Below are positions 51,569-59,534 of a stretch of 62,881 nt of DNA, one piece after another. The stretch is from an uncultured Methanotrichaceae archaeon (GTDB taxonomy: Archaea > Halobacteriota > Methanosarcinia > Methanotrichales > Methanotrichaceae). Below the pieces are notes generated by a model. That model ran no database searches. It had not been told where the DNA came from and worked only from the letters and a program-made list of their open reading frames with translations. The stretch's first letter is position 1, and each line of letters begins with the position of its first letter. The DNA lies in assembly GCA_964570975.1 (NCBI GenBank), contig CAZMZV010000001.1, positions 5,084-67,964 on the forward strand, written 5' to 3'. Position numbers and translations under genes: made by a program.

Positions 51569-52657
51569 TCACATCACTCCGGCCACCTTCAAGGGATGCA
51601 TACCGGCATTTTGCAGCTGAGCCAGCTTGCTCTGATCGACTTGGAATCTCTTTATAACACTCACAGCAACCTCCGGCTGGTCCCAGTAGTCCATCATGCG
51701 TACATCCATCACGAGCTTCGGAGCCCATGAGGGACCCTGCCAGTTCGCCGTCTCTGTGAGCTGATACATCTTCGTCCAGTTGAAGGCAAGAACCAGCGCG
51801 TCGCCCTGCTTAGCGGTATCGTTCCATCTTACGAAAATCCCGGCTACATCGCTCTGATTGTACTTCGCCTTGAGCGCGTTCTTCTCGCTGTCCGTCAGTG
51901 CCATCACGAACATACCGCTCTTTCCGACCGTCGCATCCCAGCGGATCTGCAGAGCGTCATCCTTGCACCACGGAGGCACCGCTATGACCTTGTAGCTCTC
52001 GGAGCTATTGTTTATAGGAAGCTCTTTCTCAACATACTTCGCCAGCATGTAGCCGCTTGTCACCCCTGGACACAGATGATCATGGAATGAAGCTGTCTGA
52101 AGGAAATCAAAGCTCGCATTCCTCGCCCAGACATTGGATATCCCAATCAGAGAGAACTCATTTCCGCCGAAGATCTTCTCATTGAATGTTCTGTTGCCAT
52201 CATCGGTGTGATTCAACATGTGATCCAGATTCACATTGGCTCTGGAAATCGTCGAGAACAAAGCATCATCTGATGCAGCCTTCACCTCTTCAAAGCTCAT
52301 TGAGATCGCAGAGGAGTTGACCTGGAGATAAAGAGCTTCTCCGCTATCCCTATTGAAGAAGTAGAACCACAATGGCTTCCAGTGCGGTCTGAGAACTTGG
52401 AAGAGATTTCCATCGCCCAGACTGCAGCCGGTCGTCTCGCTTACGCCCTTCAAGGCCTTCTGCGTAGTCATTCCAGAGACGATCGCGTAACCAGCATTTG
52501 TCAATACGAGTATATCTACATCGCCCTTCTGGAAGGAGAGCTCGTCCATGGCCTTCTCAGCGGCCCTGACCCCAAGCTCTTGAATCGATGCATCGTCTGC
52601 TGTGGCATACGATGCCAAAAGAAGAGCGATACCAATAAGACTCAAAATGACTCTCAT
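51569..52657 (-). CDS. Secreted FmdE-family protein
   Basis: signal peptide, TNAGY, FHDHLCPGVTSG, PWCKDDA. Confidence 0.85.
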   Translation of the reverse strand: MRVILSLIGIALLLASYATADDASIQELGVRAAEKAMDELSFQKGDVDILVLTNAGYAIVSGMTTQKALKGVSETTGCSLGDGNLFQVLRPHWKPLWFYFFNRDSGEALYLQVNSSAISMSFEEVKAASDDALFSTISRANVNLDHMLNHTDDGNRTFNEKIFGGNEFSLIGISNVWARNASFDFLQTASFHDHLCPGVTSGYMLAKYVEKELPINNSSESYKVIAVPPWCKDDALQIRWDATVGKSGMFVMALTDSEKNALKAKYNQSDVAGIFVRWNDTAKQGDALVLAFNWTKMYQLTETANWQGPSWAPKLVMDVRMMDYWDQPEVAVSVIKRFQVDQSKLAQLQNAGMHPLKVAGVM

Positions 52658-52758
52658 CGGAACATCACCACTGGCTTTACTATTGTGTACTATTATTTAA
52701 GATTTGTCTTAACAATTGTATTACAAAGCAAAGTTTGATTTACTTAAATATGATACTT

Positions 52759-52855
52759 GGTGTGTTGAATAACTTAAAATCTTCGATAGCAGATAGCCAA
52801 TTCACAAAAAAAATCAATGGCTATCACCGTATTATCTCGATTTATTCAACAAAGC
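52759..52855 (+). mobile_element. MITE family C copy
   Basis: gtgtgttgaataa...ttattcaacaaagc. Confidence 0.7.
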
Positions 52856-52890
52856 TGTGATCCTCGTAGGATCTTATTGATCCATGCTGT

Positions 52891-52956
52891 TTGGTACGAA
52901 AATGCCCCCGAACCATTTCCATTCCTCGGTTTACCTCGGGTTCATGAGTATTTTTC
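52891..52956 (-). repeat. Repeat family E
   Basis: ttggtacgaaaatgcccccgaaccatttccattcc...tcatgagtatttttc, reverse complement of the family E consensus. Confidence 0.6.
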
Positions 52957-53314
52957 TAATCCTAAGATTAAGAGATGCTGCTAGATGAGCCTTTAGCGGG
53001 TATTCGGGCTAGGCAGAACTTGAGGTCGTTTAGGCGTAGTTACTGGAAACCGCAAGCATACGACCACGAGATGCTTTTTACCGGAAATGCCTGAGGATAT
53101 CGATTCTTGCGATTTCTTTCAGTGGTTTACACCTGCGACTGAACTTGATGGCATGCTCGAATAAGATAAAGCGGTCGTGATTGTAAATGAGGCATCGTTT
53201 CAATTGCAATATCTTATCCGTAAACGCTCAAGCAAAGCAATTGGGATAGCTTTTTAACTTATATGGTGCGAGTGATTAAAAAGCTCAGCCTTCTGCCTGC
53301 TGGAGTGTAAAAAG

Positions 53315-53962
53315 ATGCGCTTTGATGAGTGGAAGGAGATCTACGAGGCGATCCTGGCCGATCTTGGCTACTCTAGATCTCGGGATGAGGAAGCCGCCAG
53401 AGTGCTGTCATCTCTTCTATCCTCCGTGGATACGATCCCCCTGGAGGAGATCGAGGGAATGATCCGGGGACGGGATGTGGTGGTATGTGGCAATGCGCCG
53501 CGCCTTCTCGAGGATCTCGAAGAGATAAGAGAGTCCGAGCTGGTCATAGCAGCGGATGGCGCCACGTCTGTTCTGCTCGAAAATAAGATCATACCAGCTA
53601 TCATAGTCACGGATCTCGATGGATATATGCCGGACATAATAAAGGCCAACCAGCTGGGAGCCGCGATCTTCGTGCATGCTCACGGCGATAACATCGACAA
53701 GCTTGTCTCTTATGTGCCAAGGCTGAAACGTGTTGTGGGAACGACACAGGCCGAGCCGCTGGAGAACGTCCATAACTTCGGCGGCTTCACAGATGGAGAT
53801 CGAGCTGTGTTTCTGGCAAAGCACTTTAATGCTAAAAGCATACGTTTGATAGGCTTCGATCTAGACGACAAGCTTGTTACGCCACGGAAGATGAAGAAGC
53901 TCAGCTGGGCGAAGAAGCTCATATCTATCGTGTTGGATGATGCCCCGGCACTACAGGCCTGA
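53315..53962 (+). CDS. mptE: 6-hydroxymethyl-7,8-dihydropterin pyrophosphokinase
   Basis: AADGA, VTDLDG, HAHGDN, TTQ, NFGGFTDGDRA, K.KKL.WA. Confidence 0.92.
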   Translation: MRFDEWKEIYEAILADLGYSRSRDEEAARVLSSLLSSVDTIPLEEIEGMIRGRDVVVCGNAPRLLEDLEEIRESELVIAADGATSVLLENKIIPAIIVTDLDGYMPDIIKANQLGAAIFVHAHGDNIDKLVSYVPRLKRVVGTTQAEPLENVHNFGGFTDGDRAVFLAKHFNAKSIRLIGFDLDDKLVTPRKMKKLSWAKKLISIVLDDAPALQA

Positions 53963-54019
53963 GGTCGTGTTCGTCCCCCTGATATCTCGCAGCTCAGAGC
54001 TGTGAGACCGTGCATGAAC

Positions 54020-54064
54020 TTGACTTTCCTGGCGATCTGAAGACCGGAGTTTGCGCCCAGCTAC
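54020..54064 (-). repeat. Hairpin repeat family H
   Basis: reverse complement gtagctgggcgcaaactccggtcttcagatcgccaggaaagtcaa. Confidence 0.7.
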
Positions 54065-54118
54065 AATCATCCGGAAGGGCCGAGAACAAAAAAGACCCCG
54101 GCCCGAAAGCCGAGAATG

Positions 54119-55714
54119 TCACTTTATCCCTTTGAAGCACCTCTCTATATGCATGCTGTCAGGTGGTCTCGTCAGGAGGCTGACCACGATTGTGACTAGA
54201 AATGCGATTGGTAGAGCAACGATGATCGGATCCACAACAGGCCAGGGCATCTGTGATATCAGCATATCTTTGCCGAAGATGAATTTGGATATTCCAAGTG
54301 CTTGAGCCTCTTTCTGGTGGACGAAAACCATCCAGAGCACGCAGGAGAGAGTGCCAACCACCAGCCCAGCGATTGCCCCACTCCTCGTAGCACGCTTCCA
54401 GAATAGAGCGCATGTGTACATCGGAAGAAATGCAGCCGCACACAATCCAAAGAATATCGAGGTGCCTCTTGCGATGATGTTATCCGGAAGAATATAGCCC
54501 AGAACCACTGCAACGACTACTGCGATGATGATTCCAACTCTAGTGACAAGAATGGAGCTGATGCCCTTCTTCCCTGTCAGCGTCTCATAGATGTCCCTGC
54601 CGATCGCAGTTCCCTGCGCATGGAACTGAGAGCTGGATGTAGACATGGCCGCGGCGAGGAGTGTAAGCATGAAGATATAGACAAACCACTCGGGCATAGC
54701 AGCGTTGATGTATATCGGTATTATGCTGTCCGCATTCCCTTTGGCCATTTCTATCGCTATCTTTCCCTGTGTGTTGTAGAAGAAGACATTCGAGAGAGCT
54801 CCAACATCAAAGGCCACTCCGGTCATAGCGAGTATGAAGAGCCCGCCGATCAATACACCTCTGTTGAGCTCTCTGCTCGATCTGACGGTCATGAACCTGA
54901 CTGCCAGCTGCGGCATCGCAAGAACGCCGATCCCAACGCCGAGCACAACCGTAGATACCAACGTCCACCACCATGCGCTCCCGAGCGCAGGCATGCTGGT
55001 CCAGCCTCGGTGGCCCTGTGCGATAAGGTTCTGCGGAACCAGGCTCGCCATCTCGGTAAGATACTGATGTGCAGAGGTCACACCGCCGAGGTGCATGTAG
55101 GTCACGATCAGAAGGAAGATCATGCCGATGAACATGATAGTTCCCTGCATTGCATCTGTGTACATGACGCCTTTAAGACCACCCCATACGACGTAAGCTG
55201 CGATTATGATGGAGTAGAGGAGAAGTGCCAGGTTGAAATCTATGGAGAGCGTCGTCTCGATGAATCTGGCTGCGCCTATAAGAACGACAGATGCATAAAG
55301 CGGCATCCCCACGAAGATAACCAGTCCGCTGAACCATTGGATAAATTTGCTATCAAACCTTCTAGCCATGAGTTCTGGAAGCGTCATGGCTCCGAGGTTG
55401 TATCCCATCCTCCTCGTACGCTTTCCGTATATCACGAATGCAATGAATATTCCCACAAAGATGTTGAGAAAGGTGAGCCAGAGAAGACCCATGCCGAAGA
55501 GTCCGGCCATTCCGCCGAAGCCAACGATCGCTGATGTGCTTATGAAAGTGGCGCCGTAACTCATAGCCATTATATACGGATGTATCTTTCTGCCCGCCAC
55601 CATATATCCCTCGGCATCTTTGGTCGTCGACCATCCTTTATATCCCAGGTAGAGCGTGACGAGCAGATAGACGAGAACAATTATGTTGAGCAGCAACAGA
55701 TTCATAAAAATCAC
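54119..55714 (-). CDS. Sodium:solute symporter (SSS family)
   Basis: AGR, SYGATFISTS, GGLKGVMYTD, PQLAVRF, AAAMST; many TM segments. Confidence 0.93.
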   Translation of the reverse strand: MIFMNLLLLNIIVLVYLLVTLYLGYKGWSTTKDAEGYMVAGRKIHPYIMAMSYGATFISTSAIVGFGGMAGLFGMGLLWLTFLNIFVGIFIAFVIYGKRTRRMGYNLGAMTLPELMARRFDSKFIQWFSGLVIFVGMPLYASVVLIGAARFIETTLSIDFNLALLLYSIIIAAYVVWGGLKGVMYTDAMQGTIMFIGMIFLLIVTYMHLGGVTSAHQYLTEMASLVPQNLIAQGHRGWTSMPALGSAWWWTLVSTVVLGVGIGVLAMPQLAVRFMTVRSSRELNRGVLIGGLFILAMTGVAFDVGALSNVFFYNTQGKIAIEMAKGNADSIIPIYINAAMPEWFVYIFMLTLLAAAMSTSSSQFHAQGTAIGRDIYETLTGKKGISSILVTRVGIIIAVVVAVVLGYILPDNIIARGTSIFFGLCAAAFLPMYTCALFWKRATRSGAIAGLVVGTLSCVLWMVFVHQKEAQALGISKFIFGKDMLISQMPWPVVDPIIVALPIAFLVTIVVSLLTRPPDSMHIERCFKGIK

Positions 55715-55899
55715 ATACCCAGCTCTTTCTCTTGCATCTCCAGCTCCTGGGCCTCCCAGGCGGCTTCCTCTAACAGCTCCTTCATCTCAGACTCCTCGCC
55801 TTTATTCCAGTTGACTATGCCGTATGAAATGCACAAAATTGTACTCAAAATGCATAGAAGATATACACCCCAGATCCATGGATCGTCTATTCCAAGCAC
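55711..55899 (-). CDS. Symporter small accessory protein
   Basis: MLGIDDPWIWGVYLLC...YGIVNWN; overlaps the SSS start. Confidence 0.85.
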   Translation of the reverse strand: MLGIDDPWIWGVYLLCILSTILCISYGIVNWNKGEESEMKELLEEAAWEAQELEMQEKELGM

Positions 55900-55925
55900 A
55901 TAGGTGACCTCCTCGCATCTATCCG

Positions 55926-55969
55926 CAATATGTACGGTGATAGCATGTTACATATTGTCATCTTATAAG
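55926..55969 (-). promoter_or_regulatory. Putative operator (9-14-9 inverted repeat) and TATA-like box of the symporter operon
   Basis: caatatgta-N14-tacatattg at 55926-55957; cttataag at 55962-55969. Confidence 0.5.
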
Positions 55970-56203
55970 GATGTCGCTCAGCATTATAGATTACATTTGT
56001 GTTTGCGTTCCTGTTCGAACAAGCATGAATAGTTCAGAGAATCAGCCGCCTTAGTGAATATCTTCCCGACCCATCTTCTCTCAAGGAGCGGTGCAGATCG
56101 TATATAGCGACTTCCTGACCGGCATGACGATTGGCGTCTACGGCCTGGTATCATTTCAGAAGAAACGCATTGGAGCTCCTCTCAGATCCATCTCTCCAGC
56201 TAC

Positions 56204-56776
56204 TCAAGAACCCCCGAAGATCTCCAGTATTCTCTTCGATACGAACTCCGCCGCCATGTCGGGATCCATCAAAGTGGTATCCACGACTATCTCAGGATTG
56301 ACCGGCTCTTCGTACGCAACGCCCACACCTGGAACCTTGGCGCCGGATGCGGCCTTCTTGTAGATGCTCTTGGGCGCGAACTCCGCCTTTCTGACTGCCT
56401 CTCTCTCTATGCAGACCTCCAGAGGCGCTTTTATGTAAACCTCAGCGAATTGAGGCACAAGACTCCGTGCCAGATCGCGATATCTTCGTCTGTTCGCTGT
56501 AGCGTCGATAATCACATTGATGCCTAGCTCATACAACAGCTTTGCCATGTAGGCAAGGCTGGAATATACAAGATCCCTCTCTTCATCGGTATATTTGGGA
56601 TCCGGAGTGACCACCCTTCTTATCTCATCCAGCTCGAGTATTTTCGCCTCGACCCCCTGAAGAGATAGCATTTCCTTTGTTTTTCGCGCAATTGTGGTCT
56701 TCCCGCACCCCGGCAGACCTGTAAACCACACGACCCAAGACATAATTGGAATAGCCATTTGCTTCAATAAAAACAC
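56204..56776 (-). CDS. Adenylyl-sulfate kinase-like P-loop kinase
   Basis: WFTGLPGCGKTT, D..R, EVYIKAPLEVC..R, PG....YEEP; start may be 56743. Confidence 0.85.
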   Translation of the reverse strand: MFLLKQMAIPIMSWVVWFTGLPGCGKTTIARKTKEMLSLQGVEAKILELDEIRRVVTPDPKYTDEERDLVYSSLAYMAKLLYELGINVIIDATANRRRYRDLARSLVPQFAEVYIKAPLEVCIEREAVRKAEFAPKSIYKKAASGAKVPGVGVAYEEPVNPEIVVDTTLMDPDMAAEFVSKRILEIFGGS

Positions 56777-57026
56777 AACTCAAAAACGCAACTCCGTTGC
56801 ACAGCTCGAATCATAATTTTTACACACTTACCCCTTTGCTTCTAGTGAGATCTGAGATAGGCGTTGCCTTATTTTTGTTCAAGGATAAATCTAGATAATG
56901 TACTTATATTTATGGTGTGCCGATTTTTAGTTAGCAGCAAGGACTCTATAAATTTTGTATGCCAAGATTTCCTGTGGAGCCTGGATAGCGGTATCTATTT
57001 TTGGTAGTAGATATCCTCAAAGAACG

Positions 57027-57983
57027 ATGACGATTGATTCGCTGATATCAGAGCTCAGGAGCTTTGTGGGTATAACCAGAAAGCGAAGCATAGGTGATAT
57101 GATAAGGCATTTTCCCGTCAGCTCCGATAAGATAATAGCGGATTTCGGAGAGGATGCCGCGGTCATAGATAACGGCGATGAGGTTCTTCTGCTCGCAGCC
57201 GATGGAATATGGTCGATGCTGATGGAGGCAGACCCCGAATGGGCAGGCTATTGTGCGGTTTTGGTGAATATACATGACATAGCAGCAATGGGCGGCACAC
57301 CAATCGCAATGGTGGATGTTCTGTCTGTAAGATCGCAATCTGTTGCAGACGCGGTTCTAAAAGGTGTCAGGAAGGGCATAGAGAAATTCGGCGTTCCTAT
57401 CGTCGGCGGGCATCTGCATCCCGACACTCCTTATGATGCTCTGGATGTTGCAATTCTTGGAAAAGCAAAAAGAAATGGCGTTATACTCAGCAGCACGGCG
57501 CAGCCGGGCGATTCTGTGGTCGTGGCTGTAGACCTGGACGGAAGGGTGCATCCGAGATTCAAGATAAACTTCGACACAACAAGCTACAAAGATAGAGAGA
57601 CGCTCGCGCGGCAGCTCGAATCGATGCGAATTCTTGGGGAGAGCAAGCTGGTCACCGCTGGCAAGGACATCAGCAATCCCGGCATGCTCGGCACGCTTGG
57701 AATGCTGCTAGAGACAAGTGGCGTTGGTGCAGAAGTAGATATAAACAGGATACCGGTTCCGGAGGCGCTGGATCTCTCGGACTGGCTCAAGATGTATCCA
57801 GGCATGGGATTTGTTGTAACAACAGGGACGCCCGATGTGGTAATGGATATCTTCGAGAAGCATGAGCTGAGCACAGCCGAGATCGGAAGGGTCATTGAGG
57901 ATAAAAGGCTTGATCTGAGAGATGGAGAGAGAAGAGCTGTGCTCTTTGATTTCGAGAGGGATCGCGTCACCGGCATAAACTGA
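57027..57983 (+). CDS. Methanogenesis marker 2 protein (AIR synthase-like)
   Basis: G.TRK, GEDAA, AADGIW, DIAAMGG, VGGHLHP, KDISNPG. Confidence 0.88.
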   Translation: MTIDSLISELRSFVGITRKRSIGDMIRHFPVSSDKIIADFGEDAAVIDNGDEVLLLAADGIWSMLMEADPEWAGYCAVLVNIHDIAAMGGTPIAMVDVLSVRSQSVADAVLKGVRKGIEKFGVPIVGGHLHPDTPYDALDVAILGKAKRNGVILSSTAQPGDSVVVAVDLDGRVHPRFKINFDTTSYKDRETLARQLESMRILGESKLVTAGKDISNPGMLGTLGMLLETSGVGAEVDINRIPVPEALDLSDWLKMYPGMGFVVTTGTPDVVMDIFEKHELSTAEIGRVIEDKRLDLRDGERRAVLFDFERDRVTGIN

Positions 57984-57991
57984 GAGGATCT

Positions 57992-58816
57992 ATGGATCGC
58001 GCATTCATCGAGAGTCTTAGAGTCAGAGCTCGGGAGAGGAGAGCTAGAATAGGGATCGGTCTGTCAAATCCCAGCCGCGAGATAATCGAGGGGCTCAGGT
58101 CCGCAAAAGATTTCGCCGAGCTCGTCGTCGTCACCAACTCTACTTCGGTAGAGGGGTTCGAGGTTGTCGAGTCCTGCTCACCCGAGGAGGATCTCATCAG
58201 GTTGCTGAGAAGCTCTGAGATAGATGGCGCTGTCAGAGGAAACGTATCTGCCGCCAGGACGATGCGCGCCATCTCGAGTGTCTTCGATATCACCGTCAGG
58301 AGAATGGCGCTGATCGAGATCGGCGGATGGGCGTTCTTCCTAGCTCCAGTCGGCATTGATGAGGGCGATACACTTGAGGATAAGCTGGATCTCGCGATAG
58401 ATGGGGCGTTGTTCATACAGAGCCTCGGCATAAAACCAAAGATCTCCATTTTATCAGGCGGCAGGTTCGAGGATGTTGGCAGGAGCGAGCGTGTGGATAT
58501 CAGCTTGGAGCATGGTGAATTTATAGCCGCAAGAGCTAGAGAGATGAATATAGATGCCACACATCGAGGTATACTGATAGAGTCGGCACGCGGCGACGAT
58601 ATGGTGCTCGCGCCCGATGGCGTATCCGGCAATCTCCTCTTCAGGTCTCTGCATATGGTATGCGGCGCCAACTCTATGGGCGCGCCCATTATCACAGACA
58701 AGATCGTGTTCATCGACTCGACCAGGGCCAGATCGGATTTTGTAGGGCCTGTTATCCTGGCCAGCGCGATGGTATCGAGAAGAGAAGATGCGCAGATGGA
58801 TGTGACCATCAATTAA
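57992..58816 (+). CDS. mtxX: MtxX / methanogenesis marker 4
   Basis: AVRG, LAPVGIDEG, LSGGR.ED.GR, APDG.SGNL.FR, DSTR. Confidence 0.9.
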   Translation: MDRAFIESLRVRARERRARIGIGLSNPSREIIEGLRSAKDFAELVVVTNSTSVEGFEVVESCSPEEDLIRLLRSSEIDGAVRGNVSAARTMRAISSVFDITVRRMALIEIGGWAFFLAPVGIDEGDTLEDKLDLAIDGALFIQSLGIKPKISILSGGRFEDVGRSERVDISLEHGEFIAARAREMNIDATHRGILIESARGDDMVLAPDGVSGNLLFRSLHMVCGANSMGAPIITDKIVFIDSTRARSDFVGPVILASAMVSRREDAQMDVTIN

Positions 58817-58898
58817 CCCAAACAGAACCGACCATTGTAGTTGCTCCGATCTTCTCCGGCATTTGTATGCAAACGAAGTTCACCATGGGAATGACAAA

Positions 58899-58980
58899 GT
58901 ACCTGTCCGGATAAGCGCTGAGGCCATTGTTTACCGCTTCTGCATGTCAGAAAACACATAATCTTTATTCGGATAGGTCC
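58899..58980 (+). mobile_element. MITE family A copy (short variant)
   Basis: gtacctgtccggataag...tttattcggataggtcc; same internal deletion as 2074-2154; no TSD seen. Confidence 0.82.
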
Positions 58981-58989
58981 GAATTTTTA

Positions 58990-59318
58990 TACCAAACACT
59001 CATGGCCTGCGTTCGGCCCTGAGAATGAAAACGGGACATTGATGAAAAGCCTCCGAACAAAGAGCCATTTTCATCCCTATGGGTGACCTTCAGTCGTGAG
59101 CGTTTTTCGTACCGAACACTCATGACCCATGGCCGCATGGTTCATGGTTCGGACCTAAGCTCCCCAACCATTAGGCAAAGGAGAGAGAAAAATGAAGCAC
59201 GTAATATCGTTTCTTCTTCATATGGCAAAGTGTATATTGCACAGTGCTAATCGCTATGCTTCGGCGTTATATGCCTAAAAACGGGGAGCTTAGGTTCGGA
59301 GGCATTTTCGTACCAATT
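58990..59318. repeat. Cluster of family E repeats in both orientations
   Basis: aacactcatg..., reverse copy at 59041-59110, forward copy 59115-59318 split by MITE D. Confidence 0.6.
59154..59294 (+). mobile_element. MITE family D copy
   Basis: perfect 12-bp TIR cctaagctcccc/ggggagcttagg; 6-bp TSD ttcgga. Confidence 0.92.
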
Positions 59319-59350
59319 CAAAAGTTGTTCAACAGATCATCGAGATTCTA

Positions 59351-59449
59351 GAGGATTTCTAAAAACCCACCTTTTTGATATAAAATGTTGTTAATACAAA
59401 TATGTTGCAACACGCGAGCATCTTAAAAAGGAGGTTTATAGGAATTCTC
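59351..59449. mobile_element. MITE family B copy
   Basis: gaggatttctaaaaacc...ggtttataggaattctc; 4-bp TSD tcta. Confidence 0.85.
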
Positions 59450-59534
59450 TCTATTCTACCAAATCTTCAGACTATTTTCACCACTACCCGCTACATGCCA
59501 AAATTAGGATATGAGCATGCTCATTTGAGCATAC

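Noticed and set aside
52687..52756. NikR operator upstream of the FmdE/SBP operon
   Set aside because: GTAYTA-like half-sites and a ttaaga-N4-tcttaa palindrome are present, but spacing does not fit the 6-16-6 pattern and the DNA is AT-rich
187..59449. Dispersed repeats as a CRISPR array
   Set aside because: Not tandem or regularly spaced, several have TIRs/TSDs, and no cas genes are present
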